Positions 10,495 through 20,981 of a stretch of 57,142 bases of DNA are shown in pieces; within the stretch, counting starts at the first letter, position 1; each line of letters begins with the position of its first letter. Both the position numbers and the translations under genes were made by a program. Origin of the DNA: an uncultured bacterium (GTDB taxonomy: Bacteria > Gemmatimonadota > Gemmatimonadetes > Gemmatimonadales > Gemmatimonadaceae); NCBI GenBank assembly GCA_963978095.1, contig CAXBQP010000012.1:1-57142 (forward strand). The letters are read 5' to 3'. Under the pieces are notes generated by a model. It searched no databases. It was not told the origin of the DNA and saw only the letters and a program-made list of their open reading frames with translations.

Positions 10495-12266
10495 GGTCCC
10501 TCCGTCTGGATGAACTGCGCTGCCGACACCTTGAGGTAATGCTCGATGATCCGCGCTGCGATCTTGGCCGCGCGCGGGCCGTGCCCGCCAAACTCGAGCA
10601 TGACCGCCACCACGATCTTCGGATCGTCCGCTGGGGCGAAGCCGACGAACCACGCGTGATCATTGTTGGGATCCTGCGAGTTCTGGGCGGTCCCGGTCTT
10701 CCCGGCAAGCACGACGCCCTGGATCTTGGCGCTTCCCGCCGTCCCGCGACTCACGACCCCCGCAAGCGCGTTGCGCACGCCACGCAACTGCGTCGCGTCC
10801 AACGAAAAGACACGGCTCCGGACGGCCGCGCCCTGCACAACCCGCGGCTGGGCGGCCTGACCGTCCGTGGCCAGCGCGGTGTAGAACCGCGCCATGTTCA
10901 CGACGGTCTGGGAGTTCTCACCCTGACCGATCGACAGATTGAGCGACGCCGATTGATTCCACCCACCGGGATACTTGCGGTTGAAGTACGCCTTGTAATC
11001 CGAGTCCGGGAACTGCGGACGCATTTCCGCCGGCAGGTCGATGCCACTCCGCGAGCGCGATCCCAAGGAGATGCCGCCGGCGACCAACCGGGCGAGCCCG
11101 ATCTTCAGACCGAGCTGGTAGAAGTAGACGTCGCACGACTGCTCGATGGCCTGCGCGAGCGTGACCGCGCCATGCCCTCGCTTGTCGTGGCACTTGAAGA
11201 ACCGATTCCCATACTGGAATCCTCCCGTGCACGGGGTTGGCATCCGGTCGTCCAGCTGCGCCACTCCGAGCTCCATCCCCATGACCGCCGTGGCCAACTT
11301 CCACGTGGATCCGGGAGGATACGTGCCCTGGATCGCCTTGTTGTACAGTGGCTTCCGCTTGTCATTCATCAGCGACCGCCAGTAATCCGCCGGAATGCCG
11401 CCGGTGAATCGATTCGGGTCGAAGGTCGGGGCGCTGTGCAGCGCGAGTACCTCGCCGGATTTCGGCTCGACGGCAACCGCCGCACCGACCAGGGAGTCCC
11501 CGAACAACCCGTACACGTACTTCTGCAGATCCAGATCGATATTGGTCGGCAACGGAGGGGCGGCTTCCGGACTGAGCTCAGGCCGCGCTCCAGCCTCGCG
11601 CACGACACGCCCGAGTGCATCGACTTCGACGAACCGGACTCCTTCGCGCCCGCGAAGCCGCGACTCGTACCGCAGCTCGAGCCCTCCCTTCCCCACCACC
11701 TGACCGGCTTTGTATCCGGGGAACGCCTTCGACTGCAGTTGCGCCTCGCTAATCTCCCCGGTGTACCCCACGAGCGACGCGACGGCGGCCCCGTCGGGAT
11801 ACCACCGCTTGGGCGATGCCTGGATGATCAATCCGGGGAGCTCCACGCGGTGCTCTTCCAGTACGGAGACCAACTCGAAGGTCGCATCCGAGAATATCAC
11901 CGCGGGACGATTGGGGTTGCGACGATACCGGCGCACCACAGCGTCTCGCTGCTCCGGCGACATCGGGATCGTCGCCCCCAACCGGCGGAGCGCGGCAACG
12001 AGTTGCGTTTCGCGTGGCGCCAAGAGCGACACGGTGTATCCAACCTGATCCTCGGCGATCACGAGTCCCTTGCGGTCGAGAATGCGGCCGCGGGGCGCGG
12101 GAATCGGTACTTCACGAAGGCGATTCTCGTCCGAGTGCAGAGTGAACTGCGCATTCTGCAGCACCTGCACCCGGAAGAAGGACCCCACCAAAAACGTGAA
12201 GATCAACGTCAGCAGGGCGCCGGCCACACGCCCGCGCTGCTGCACCGCATTGGGATGGAAACTCAT
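10491..12266 (-). CDS. mrdA: Penicillin-binding protein 2
   Basis: APRGRILDR, YPPGSTWK (SxxK), SCD, KTGT. Lies in the mre operon. Confidence 0.95.
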   Translation of the reverse strand: MSFHPNAVQQRGRVAGALLTLIFTFLVGSFFRVQVLQNAQFTLHSDENRLREVPIPAPRGRILDRKGLVIAEDQVGYTVSLLAPRETQLVAALRRLGATIPMSPEQRDAVVRRYRRNPNRPAVIFSDATFELVSVLEEHRVELPGLIIQASPKRWYPDGAAVASLVGYTGEISEAQLQSKAFPGYKAGQVVGKGGLELRYESRLRGREGVRFVEVDALGRVVREAGARPELSPEAAPPLPTNIDLDLQKYVYGLFGDSLVGAAVAVEPKSGEVLALHSAPTFDPNRFTGGIPADYWRSLMNDKRKPLYNKAIQGTYPPGSTWKLATAVMGMELGVAQLDDRMPTPCTGGFQYGNRFFKCHDKRGHGAVTLAQAIEQSCDVYFYQLGLKIGLARLVAGGISLGSRSRSGIDLPAEMRPQFPDSDYKAYFNRKYPGGWNQSASLNLSIGQGENSQTVVNMARFYTALATDGQAAQPRVVQGAAVRSRVFSLDATQLRGVRNALAGVVSRGTAGSAKIQGVVLAGKTGTAQNSQDPNNDHAWFVGFAPADDPKIVVAVMLEFGGHGPRAAKIAARIIEHYLKVSAAQFIQTEGP

Positions 12267-12751
12267 CCCCGCTCCGCCGCTACCAACGGTCGCACGATGC
12301 CGAGCACGGCGATTCCCACAACGGCCGTCAGCGCCGCCGAGAGCGGTGCCCAGAGCAACGCTTGCGCCAGCAGCTCCCACCCGCGCACGCGATGTTCGGC
12401 CAACAGGAACACTGCGTCGAACGCCCAGGTGCCGAGAAAGACGAACGCGGCGTTCACACCGGCGTTATCCGCGAAGAACGCCGATTTCAGCCAACTCGCC
12501 CCGAACCCCACCACGGTCAGCGCGAGGGCGCCCGCACCGAAAGCCGCCGGCGTCAGCGAGTCCGCCATCAACCCGAGCCCGAAACCGCAAACCGCGGCGA
12601 CTCCCGGCCGCGCACGGACCGCGATGATCAGTACCGAGAGCACCAGGAAATCCACGTTCACGCGCCAGCCCAACATCGGACGCACCGTGAAGTGCATGGC
12701 GATCAATACACACAGTAGTCCGTAGAACACCACACCCCTGCTGCGGCTCAC
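12263..12751 (-). CDS. mreD: Rod shape-determining protein MreD
   Basis: Hydrophobic protein of about 162 aa with GLGLMADSL...FGAGAL, between mreC and mrdA. Confidence 0.85.
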   Translation of the reverse strand: MSRSRGVVFYGLLCVLIAMHFTVRPMLGWRVNVDFLVLSVLIIAVRARPGVAAVCGFGLGLMADSLTPAAFGAGALALTVVGFGASWLKSAFFADNAGVNAAFVFLGTWAFDAVFLLAEHRVRGWELLAQALLWAPLSAALTAVVGIAVLGIVRPLVAAERG

Positions 12752-13779
12752 GGCTTCCTCCTCGAGGCGGCCGACACCGGCTTGCCGGGCGGTGACGTCG
12801 ACGTGACGGGAACGCCAGACGCGGCGAGCAGCGCCAGCGAGTCCGCCACACGTTGGCGCTCCAGCGCGGCCAGCGAATCCCGCGTCCGCGCGTTCAGGGC
12901 CTCGCCAACCGCGACGACGCTTCGCCGGGCAGAATCCGCCAAGGCCTCGATGTTCCAGACGCCGTCGACCCCCTGCTTGCTCTTCGACCGCGTCAGGACC
13001 ATGACGGCGCCCAGGTCCGCGAATTTCACGGCTGGTCTCACGAGGTAGGTTCGAGCCCACGCGTCATTGGTCTTCAGTTCGTTGAGCACCGTTCCCACCG
13101 GAATGTTGCGGGGGAATACGCCGCCGGCGCCGGAGCTCACGATCAGCGTGCCGGGTCGCAACTGCGAGCGCAACGGCACACTCCGAAGCTCCAACAGGTA
13201 ACGGTCGGCGCTTGGTCCCTGGTGTGACGTCACGATGCCGTAGGTGGCTCCATCGGCCGACATCGCACTGACACGAAAATCCGGATGCGGCCACAAAATT
13301 CCCACCGACAGCGACGGATCGGCCCGCTGTACCACCCCCACGATCCCCTGCGCGACGATGATCGGGCTCAAGGTCTCGACGCCAGCGCTCGTCCCGGCGG
13401 ACATGGTGACGGTGTACTCATCGCCCAGCGACCGCCCCTGCAGAATCTCCGCCGGCACGAATCCCCATTTGACGGCCCCAGCCAATCCGAGCAACTGACG
13501 GAGTCTGGCGTTCTCGTCCTCGACCCCGCTAAGGCGTTCCGAACGGAAGGCAACGCTGTCGTTGAACCGGCGCGTCCCCTCCGCCGCCAGGAACGACCGC
13601 CGCGATATCTCCGCGCGCGCTTGCAGCGCGGCCGCCGGCGCAACAACGGTGGTTCGGAGCGCCGAGGCCACACGATCCCGCGTCGTCGCAGGTGCGACGA
13701 GACCGATCAAGGCGAGCACGGCAGCCCCCGCGGCGAGCGCGAAGTCGACTCTGGGGTCCGTTCGCTGCGGACGCGCCAC
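12748..13779 (-). CDS. mreC: Rod shape-determining protein MreC
   Basis: N-terminal TM helix, ENARLRQLL coiled coil, SSGAGGVFP.NIPVG. Confidence 0.9.
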   Translation of the reverse strand: MARPQRTDPRVDFALAAGAAVLALIGLVAPATTRDRVASALRTTVVAPAAALQARAEISRRSFLAAEGTRRFNDSVAFRSERLSGVEDENARLRQLLGLAGAVKWGFVPAEILQGRSLGDEYTVTMSAGTSAGVETLSPIIVAQGIVGVVQRADPSLSVGILWPHPDFRVSAMSADGATYGIVTSHQGPSADRYLLELRSVPLRSQLRPGTLIVSSGAGGVFPRNIPVGTVLNELKTNDAWARTYLVRPAVKFADLGAVMVLTRSKSKQGVDGVWNIEALADSARRSVVAVGEALNARTRDSLAALERQRVADSLALLAASGVPVTSTSPPGKPVSAASRRKP

Positions 13780-13793
13780 GCGCGCTCAGGCCC

Positions 13794-14831
13794 TCAGGTG
13801 CTCAGGACGGACCAGTACTTCTCCTCATCGTCGAGGATGCGGCCGGTCCCGCGCACCACGCACGTCAGCGGATCCTCGTCCACGTGGATCGGCAGCCCGG
13901 TCTCCTGCGTCAGCAACACGTCGAGCCCGCGGATCAGCGCACCACCGCCGGTCATCACGATGCCGCGATCCACGATGTCGCTCGCCAACTCAGGTGGCGT
14001 GATCTCGAGCGCACGACGCACGGCATCCACGATCTGCTGCACGGGCTCCTGACACGCCTCGCGAATCTCCGCGGAGTGCACGCGCACGGTCTTCGGGATG
14101 CCCGAGACGAGGTCCCGTCCCTTCACTTCCATCTCGCGCTCGTCACCGAGTGGCGCCGCCGAGCCGATCTGGATCTTGATGATCTCGGCCGTCGGTTCAC
14201 CGATCAGCAGATTGTAGCTCTTGCGCATGAACTGCACGATCGCCATGTCCAGCTCGTCACCGCCCACACGGATCGATGTGTCACTGACGATCCCCGAGAG
14301 CGCGATCACCGCGATCTCCGTCGTGCCACCCCCGATGTCGATCACCATGTTGCCGGTGGGCGTCTCCACCGGGAGTCCCACACCGATCGCCGCCGCCATC
14401 GGCTCCGCGATCATGAAGACCTCCTTGGCGCCGGCACCGAGCGCGGAGTCGCGCACGGCGCGCTTCTCGACTTCGGTGATGCCTGACGGCACGCACACGA
14501 TCACGCGCGGCTTCACCTTGAACACATGGTTCTCGATGATCAGCGTCAGGAAATAGCGCAGCATCTTCTCGGTGACGTCGAAGTCGGCGATCACGCCGTC
14601 CTTCATCGGACGCACCGCGACGATCCCCTCGGGCGTACGACCCAGCATGCGCTTCGCCTCGAGCCCTACGCCCTTGATCTTGCGCGTCTCACGGTCCATC
14701 GCGACGACGGACGGCTCGTTGAGCACGATGCCCTCGCCCTGCACGTACACCAAGGTGTTCGCCGTGCCGAGGTCAACGGCAATGGCGTTGGCGGGAAAGA
14801 GCGAACCCGTCTTGAAGAATGGCCAGCGCAT
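13794..14831 (-). CDS. mreB: Actin-like rod shape protein MreB
   Basis: [38 protein letters not shown]. Confidence 0.98.
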   Translation of the reverse strand: MRWPFFKTGSLFPANAIAVDLGTANTLVYVQGEGIVLNEPSVVAMDRETRKIKGVGLEAKRMLGRTPEGIVAVRPMKDGVIADFDVTEKMLRYFLTLIIENHVFKVKPRVIVCVPSGITEVEKRAVRDSALGAGAKEVFMIAEPMAAAIGVGLPVETPTGNMVIDIGGGTTEIAVIALSGIVSDTSIRVGGDELDMAIVQFMRKSYNLLIGEPTAEIIKIQIGSAAPLGDEREMEVKGRDLVSGIPKTVRVHSAEIREACQEPVQQIVDAVRRALEITPPELASDIVDRGIVMTGGGALIRGLDVLLTQETGLPIHVDEDPLTCVVRGTGRILDDEEKYWSVLST

Positions 14832-14906
14832 GATGAAAAGACTCGCGCGTTCGGGATCAGCGAACGGCTGAAGGAGCCCGAAAAGGGCGTTGTCGAATAC
14901 CGCTTC

Positions 14907-14935
14907 AAGTTACCCGACACCACGGGACTGGGCAA
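14907..14935 (-). promoter_or_regulatory. Putative sigma70 promoter of the mre operon
   Basis: TTGCCC-17 nt-TAACTT. Confidence 0.6.
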
Positions 14936-14979
14936 GCAAACCGGCCGAGATCCGCGTCTCGATCCGTGACGACATGCGA

Positions 14980-15012
14980 AACGGCGGCCGGGCATGACGC
15001 CCAGCCGCCGTT
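14980..15012 (-). terminator. Putative intrinsic terminator after susD
   Basis: AACGGCGGCTGGGC-gtcat-GCCCGGCCGCCGTT stem ending in a short T run. Confidence 0.6.
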
Positions 15013-15040
15013 CCACCAACCCTGCATCCGGACGCCGCGC

Positions 15041-16456
15041 TCAGGCGTTGCGGTCGAGGCACCCCTTGAAGTTGGGGTTGTTGAGCTCGTCCGCCGGGAC
15101 GGGCAGATTCACGTCCCCACCGTACTGCGGCCCACGATAGTGGGTCCCGACCGGGAAGGTGTTGGCCGGCGTGCGCCCATACTGGCGGATCAAGCGGCGA
15201 AGGTCGCCAAGACGCTGGCCGCGGCTGAAGGTCCAGAAGGCCTTCTCCCGGAACGTCAGGTTGACGCGCGCGGCCGCGGTGCCCGGATCGGTCAGCGCCG
15301 GCAGCTGCGCGCCGGTCAGGGTGATCGTGCCAAGCTTCGGCGGCGTCGCCCGGATCGCATTCAACGTGGAGAGCCACGAGGCGGTGTTGCCGGCCGCCAG
15401 GAAGGCCTCGGCTTCGATCATGCGTGCGTCGACACCGCTGAGGATCGGCACCGTCGTGGACTGCGCCCACAAGGTCGTGGTGCGCGAGAAGGTGAATCCA
15501 TCCTGCGACTTCACGGTGTCCTTGCCGTTCTGGATCGTGTACGACACGGGCACACGCGGGTCACCGGCCGAGCCGAAGGGAATCACGTTCGCGATCAGCA
15601 GGTTCCGCGCATTGCCTTCCAAGCTGTCGCCAACGGTGTAGCGGCGCTGACTCAACGGCTGACTCCACAGGATGTTGTCACCCGAGCTCGTCGCGAACGT
15701 GGCGTCGTACGAGTAGGTGGTCGCGATCCCGGAGACGAGGGTGGCCGCCGTCGCGTAGTTGCCAAGGCCCATCTGCGCCCGTGCCTTCGCGATCTTGGCT
15801 GCGGTGTTCACGCGCACAGTCGCCGCGTCCGTGGCCGACGACAGGCTGATCGCGGTGTCGAGCGACGCCGAAGCGATCGTGAAGACCTGCAGCACCGTCA
15901 ACGGCTGCCCATACACGATCACCGGCTTGGATGCGTCGGTGAGCGGGATGCCGTTGCAGAAATCGGACGCCGCCTGCAACTCGGCGAAGCCGCGGACGAG
16001 GTACATCTCCGCGATGTTCGACGACGGCGTCGGCGCGAACGTGGTGAGCGATGCGATGGCTTGGTTGGCCGCCGTACGCGCACGCATGATCGTGCGGAAC
16101 TGCGCCGTGACGGACGAGTTGCTCAACGTGATGGTGCGCTCGTCGGCTTCGTCGTTCTGAATGAAGGTCGAGCTGGTCGACCATTCGTCAGCCAGCAGTC
16201 CTCCAAAGAGCCACGAGCTCTCGGTACCCGCGGTCATGTCGCGCAAGCGCGAGAGGGCGCCCAGGCGCAGGCCGTTCGCGCCGTCGGCGTTGTTGATATC
16301 GGCCGGGTTGATCAGGTCGGGATCGGGGGCGCGCAGCAGCCCGTCCGTCACCGTCCCGTGGCAACCGGCCAGCAGCAGCAACGCCCCTACACTCAGGGCG
16401 AGCCGACGCCGGATGCTTGAGGTATTCATAATGGTCATCATGTGAGGGGTGGGCAT
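15041..16456 (-). CDS. SusD/RagB-like outer-membrane lipoprotein
   Basis: Lipobox LLLAGC, LADEW, MIEAEA, REKAFWTFSRGQRLGDLRRL. Directly follows susC. The true start may be a few codons downstream. Confidence 0.88.
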   Translation of the reverse strand: MPTPHMMTIMNTSSIRRRLALSVGALLLLAGCHGTVTDGLLRAPDPDLINPADINNADGANGLRLGALSRLRDMTAGTESSWLFGGLLADEWSTSSTFIQNDEADERTITLSNSSVTAQFRTIMRARTAANQAIASLTTFAPTPSSNIAEMYLVRGFAELQAASDFCNGIPLTDASKPVIVYGQPLTVLQVFTIASASLDTAISLSSATDAATVRVNTAAKIAKARAQMGLGNYATAATLVSGIATTYSYDATFATSSGDNILWSQPLSQRRYTVGDSLEGNARNLLIANVIPFGSAGDPRVPVSYTIQNGKDTVKSQDGFTFSRTTTLWAQSTTVPILSGVDARMIEAEAFLAAGNTASWLSTLNAIRATPPKLGTITLTGAQLPALTDPGTAAARVNLTFREKAFWTFSRGQRLGDLRRLIRQYGRTPANTFPVGTHYRGPQYGGDVNLPVPADELNNPNFKGCLDRNA

Positions 16457-19400
16457 TTAGAAGCCGAGGTTGAACTTCAGGATGAAGTAGGTCGGAGCGC
16501 CCATCGTCTGGAAATCACTCGGGTTGTCCGAACCGTCCGTCACCGTGTAGTCGCTCTCGGGGTCCACACCGCGGTACTTGGTCCACTTCCACAGGTTGCG
16601 CGCCGAGAGCGTGACGCTCGCGTTGCGCATCTTGAAGCGCGAGGCCTGGGCCTGCGTCAGGTTGTACGTCGCGGCGACTTCGCGGAGCTTCACGAACGCA
16701 CCGGGCTGGAAGAAGCCGGCGATCGTCTGCGACGGATCGTTGAGCGTGGCGACGGCCATCGCCTGATCCTCGAACGACGCATCGGGGTTCATGAGCCCTT
16801 CGCAGTTCTGACGGCTCACGCAGCGGATACGCTCCGTGTTGTTGTAGTACCGGTTGCCACCGCGGTAGTCCAGCAACGCCGTGACGCGAACGCGCCGGTT
16901 GAACAGATCCATGCCGGTGGTCAGCGCGATGGACTGGTGCGGCGCGCTGTACCCCATGAAGGTCGCGACCGAATCCACGAACACCTCATTCGCCGTCGGG
17001 TTGGAGCTGTAGGTCAGGATCTTGTCGTTGTTCTTGTCTTCCCATCCGGTGATCTGACGGGCCCAGAGGCCGAACAACGGATAGTTCTCGAGCACGCGCG
17101 TCTGCGTGCCGATCTGCGGCGGGGTGCCGCCGAGACTCAACAGCTTGTTCTCGTTGTACGCCGCGTTGATCGTCACGTCGAGCCCGAAGTTCCGGGTATC
17201 GATGAGCTGACCCGTCAACAGCATCTCGACGCCGGAGTTCGCCACCGCGCCGAGGTTCATGCGCACAGTGGTCGACGCACCGGCCGAAGGCGCCACGATG
17301 GCGCTGATGAGCGCGTCCTTGGTGCGCTTCGAATAGTAGGTCAGGTCGAGGCTCGCGCGTCCCTTCCACAGGCGCGCTTCGAAGCCGGTTTCATACTCGT
17401 CCGTGAACTCCGGCTTCAGCGCCACGTTGCCCGGGGTCGAATAGACCACGGCCGGCACGTCAACGCCCTGGATGTTCGGGGTCGTCGCCGCGAAGGTGCG
17501 GAGCGCGTCGTTCGAGCCCGGCTGCACGCCAGCGGCACCATACGCGAGGCGCAGGCGCAGGTTGTCGAGCCAACGCGGGGCGTGGAACCAGCGCTCGTCC
17601 GAAATGATCCACGATCCCTGCAACTTGGGGTACATGACGTTCTGGAACTCCGTGCCGAACGCGCTGTTCTGGTCGCTGCGCACGGCCGCGGTGATGAACA
17701 GGCGGTCGTTGATGGCCGCCGATTCCTCCACGTACATGCCGAGCGTCCGGCGCAGGGTCGTCGACTCCGAGGCGCCGAGCGTGGCGCCGGCGTTGGCGGT
17801 CTGCGCACCAATCGGCAGGGTCGTGCCGGTCGCAGTGTTGCCGTCCTGCTTGAAGTCCACGTACTGCAAGCCCGCGGTGGTCTTGAAGCTGATCGACGAC
17901 GTCACATTCCACGTCGCCGTGCTCGAGAGGTTGGCGGTGAAGTTGCGGATGTTCGCGCGGCCGTTTCCGGCGTAGCCGTCTCGGTACGTCGCGGTGAGCG
18001 GAGGACCTTCGCCGCGGAGGCGGAGATCGACGTCAACACGATCCGTCAGGTCGGTACCGATATCCACGCGATTCTGCAACCACGAGGTTGGACGCCAGTT
18101 CACGTTGACGCCGCCGATGAAGCGGTCCACGCCCTGCGCCGTCTTCTCCTGCCAGGTGTAGCCCGGCGTCCAGGCCCGGTAGCCGTTCAGCGGCGTGCCA
18201 GTCACAGCCACGGTGCCGTTGTCCTTGTAGCCCTTGCCGCCGAACACCTGCGAGCCGAGCCCCGCGGTCGCGTTGGATTCCAGCGTGTAGCGCTGACCGA
18301 GCGTCGTGAAGCCCATGCTGACGCCGACGTCGAGCTGCGAGCTGAGCGCCATGTTCAGATTGGCGCGGAACGACGTCTTGTCGAGCATGTTCGGCCGCTG
18401 CGTCCAATCGTGGATCACCGTATTGGACGCCGCGAAACGGTTCGCCTCGAACTCCGGCAGCTTGAGCACGCCGACTTCGTTTTCCCGCTGCACGGACACT
18501 GCATAGCGCACGATGTCCGTTCCGCCGGAAACGGAGGCACCGACGGTGCCACGATACCCGACGCCGAGCGGCGTCGCGTTGGGATCGTGCAGCGGAGCGT
18601 ACACGCGCACCGAGTCCTTGAGGCAGGTGCCCGCCGAGATGGTCGGGAGCGCGCACTCACGGTAGGCGGTGGAGCCCGGCGTGTGGCCGGCGATCGTGAA
18701 GTTGTAGGGATACGTGTTGCGGTCGCTCAGCATGCCGCTCTCGCCGAACACGTTCCAACGCGCCGCACCGGCACGCCCCTTCTTGGTCGTGATGACGATG
18801 ACGCCGTTGGTCGCGTCGGTGCCGTACAGCGTCGCCGCCGAGGGACCCTTCACGATCTCGATGTTCTCGATTTCGTCCGGATTGATGTCGCCCGTACGGT
18901 TCGGCAACGCGCCGCCCGTACCGAATGCGATGCTGCCGACGTTGCTCGACATGCGCACGCCGTCGATGATGTAGATCGGATCGTTGCCGAGCGAGAGCGA
19001 CGAGGTGCCGCGGATACGGATACGGGCTCCGGCGCCGGTCTGCGTGCCCTGCGTCACGTACACGCCGGGCGCGCGTGCGCTGAGCACGTCGTTGAGGTTC
19101 GTGACGGGGGCCGTCTCCATCACCTTCGACACGTCGATCGACGACGTCGCATTGCCGATTTCCACGCGGCGCGTCTCACCGGTCGCGGTCGTCACGACCG
19201 GCGTCAGGTTCACCGCCACCGCCGAGAGCACGAACTCCAGCGTCTGCGTCGCGCCGGCGATGATCGTCACCGACTTCTTCTGCTCCGCATAGCCGACGCG
19301 GAGCACGCGGATCGTCTGCGGTCCGAGCGGGACATTGCGGAGCACCAGCTTCCCGTCCGCCCCCGTGAGCCCGCCGAGTGTTGTCGTGACCACGCCGATC

Positions 19401-19555
19401 TGCGCCTGTGCGACCGGATTGGACGAGCTGCCATCCACGACGGTGATGTTGAGTGTGCCTTGGGCGGACAGTCGTGCGGCCGTGCCGGCGAGCAACATCG
19501 CCAACACGCGCACTGCGCGACTGGTACGCCGGCGCCACGAGGGGAACCGTTCCAT
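16457..19555 (-). CDS. SusC/RagA family TonB-dependent outer-membrane receptor
   Basis: Signal peptide, carboxypeptidase-regulatory-like N-domain, plug motif DINPDEIENIEIVKGPSAATLYG..ATNGVIVITTKKG, C-terminal Phe. AGGAGA upstream of ATG 19555. Confidence 0.95.
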   Translation of the reverse strand: MERFPSWRRRTSRAVRVLAMLLAGTAARLSAQGTLNITVVDGSSSNPVAQAQIGVVTTTLGGLTGADGKLVLRNVPLGPQTIRVLRVGYAEQKKSVTIIAGATQTLEFVLSAVAVNLTPVVTTATGETRRVEIGNATSSIDVSKVMETAPVTNLNDVLSARAPGVYVTQGTQTGAGARIRIRGTSSLSLGNDPIYIIDGVRMSSNVGSIAFGTGGALPNRTGDINPDEIENIEIVKGPSAATLYGTDATNGVIVITTKKGRAGAARWNVFGESGMLSDRNTYPYNFTIAGHTPGSTAYRECALPTISAGTCLKDSVRVYAPLHDPNATPLGVGYRGTVGASVSGGTDIVRYAVSVQRENEVGVLKLPEFEANRFAASNTVIHDWTQRPNMLDKTSFRANLNMALSSQLDVGVSMGFTTLGQRYTLESNATAGLGSQVFGGKGYKDNGTVAVTGTPLNGYRAWTPGYTWQEKTAQGVDRFIGGVNVNWRPTSWLQNRVDIGTDLTDRVDVDLRLRGEGPPLTATYRDGYAGNGRANIRNFTANLSSTATWNVTSSISFKTTAGLQYVDFKQDGNTATGTTLPIGAQTANAGATLGASESTTLRRTLGMYVEESAAINDRLFITAAVRSDQNSAFGTEFQNVMYPKLQGSWIISDERWFHAPRWLDNLRLRLAYGAAGVQPGSNDALRTFAATTPNIQGVDVPAVVYSTPGNVALKPEFTDEYETGFEARLWKGRASLDLTYYSKRTKDALISAIVAPSAGASTTVRMNLGAVANSGVEMLLTGQLIDTRNFGLDVTINAAYNENKLLSLGGTPPQIGTQTRVLENYPLFGLWARQITGWEDKNNDKILTYSSNPTANEVFVDSVATFMGYSAPHQSIALTTGMDLFNRRVRVTALLDYRGGNRYYNNTERIRCVSRQNCEGLMNPDASFEDQAMAVATLNDPSQTIAGFFQPGAFVKLREVAATYNLTQAQASRFKMRNASVTLSARNLWKWTKYRGVDPESDYTVTDGSDNPSDFQTMGAPTYFILKFNLGF

Positions 19556-19652
19556 GCGATACACGTCTCCTGATAGGGTACGGGGGCGGGGGCAGGACTG
19601 TGCTGCACAACCACGTACATGCCCACGGTCACCCGAGGACATGCCTGCTGCA

Positions 19653-19680
19653 AATATCCGCCCGGAGAGCGATTCGTCAA
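19653..19680 (-). promoter_or_regulatory. Putative promoter of susC-susD
   Basis: TTGACG-16 nt-GATATT. Confidence 0.4.
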
Positions 19681-19823
19681 GAACCGGAGGCGATTCCGGC
19701 CCCCCTCCCGTGACGCCGCTCCCAGCGATGCGATGAGGGCCCCGCCCGACCGGCCCATATCCGGTCAAACGAAGGCCCTCATACTCATGCGTTCCGAAAG
19801 CGCCGCGGGCGCCCGGCCCCGGC

Positions 19824-20939
19824 TCAGCCGAGGAACTTGCCGGGCTCGTGGTACTCCATCCCGAAGGCTTCGGCCACGCCACGGTACGTGATCTTGCCGT
19901 CCACGCAGTTGAGCCCGCGCAACAGCGCCGAATCCTCTTTGAGCGCCTGCTTCCACCCCTTGTTCGCCAATTTCATGGCGTACGGGAAGGTGGCGTTGGT
20001 GAGCGCCAGCGTCGACGTGCGCGGCACGCCGCCAGGCATGTTCGCCACGCCGTAGTGGATCACCCCATCCACCGTGTAGACGGGATTCTCGTGCGTGGTC
20101 GCGTGAATCGTCTCGACGCACCCACCCTGGTCGATGGCCACGTCCACGATCACCGATCCGGGCTGCATCATCTTGAGGTCCTCCTTGCGGATCAGCTTCG
20201 GGGCCTTGGCGCCCGGGATCAGCACGCCGCCGACCACGAGGTCAGCCGTCGCGATCTGCTCGAGCACGTTGTGCCGGTTGGAGTAGATCGTCGTGACGTT
20301 CGCCGGCATCACGTCGCTCAGGTAGCGCATGCGCTCCAGGGAGACGTCCAGGATGGTCACCATCGCCCCCATGCCGGCGGCCATCTTGGCGGCGTTGATG
20401 CCGACGATGCCTCCGCCGAGGATTACCACCTTGGCCGGCGCCACACCGGGTACGCCGCCCAGCAGCAACCCGCGACCGCCATACAGCTTCTCGAGGTACT
20501 TGGCCCCTTCCTGCACCGCCATGCGGCCCGCGACTTCAGACATTGGCGTCAGCAACGGCAGCTCGCGGCTCGGCAGCTCGACCGTCTCGTAGGCGATGCA
20601 GATCGCGCCCGAATCCATGTGCGCCTTGGTAAGCGTCTCGTCGGCGGCAAAGTGGAAATAGGTGAAGATGGTCTGCCCCTTCTTCATGCGCGGCCACTCG
20701 ACGGCGATCGGCTCCTTGACCTTGATGATCATGTCGGCGCCGGCCCACGTCGTGTCGGCATCGGGCGCGATCGTCGCACCCGCGGCCACGTACTGCTCGT
20801 CGCTGAATCCGCTGCCGAGTCCGGCGCCCTTCTCCACGACGACCTTGTGGCCGGCGGCGACCAGCGCTTCGGCGCCGGCGGGGACGAGCGAGACACGGTT
20901 CTCGTTAGTCTTGATTTCCTTCGGGATGCCAATGTTCAT
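19824..20939 (-). CDS. ald: Alanine dehydrogenase
   Basis: IGIPKEIKTNENRV, KVKEP, PMSEVAGR, GGGIVG, DVAIDQGG, VANMPG. Confidence 0.97.
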   Translation of the reverse strand: MNIGIPKEIKTNENRVSLVPAGAEALVAAGHKVVVEKGAGLGSGFSDEQYVAAGATIAPDADTTWAGADMIIKVKEPIAVEWPRMKKGQTIFTYFHFAADETLTKAHMDSGAICIAYETVELPSRELPLLTPMSEVAGRMAVQEGAKYLEKLYGGRGLLLGGVPGVAPAKVVILGGGIVGINAAKMAAGMGAMVTILDVSLERMRYLSDVMPANVTTIYSNRHNVLEQIATADLVVGGVLIPGAKAPKLIRKEDLKMMQPGSVIVDVAIDQGGCVETIHATTHENPVYTVDGVIHYGVANMPGGVPRTSTLALTNATFPYAMKLANKGWKQALKEDSALLRGLNCVDGKITYRGVAEAFGMEYHEPGKFLG

Positions 20940-20981
20940 GGGAATCGAGGTGTTCGAGTGATATTGGGTTGAGTGCGGCGC

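Noticed and set aside
16442..19573. 1043-aa plus-strand ORF, and similar long antisense ORFs (685-2301, 10539-12725, 22233-24518, 38310-40184, 45681-48239)
   Set aside because: They mirror well-supported minus-strand genes, have Arg/His/Val-rich composition and no recognisable motifs. This is an expected artefact of high-GC codon bias.
19556..19882. Long N-terminal extensions in the ORF track (susC, also guaA, hisS, rodA, mreD, dapA, lysC, rpsB)
   Set aside because: They overlap upstream genes or promoters and show no family motifs. Downstream starts fit translational coupling or signal peptides better.
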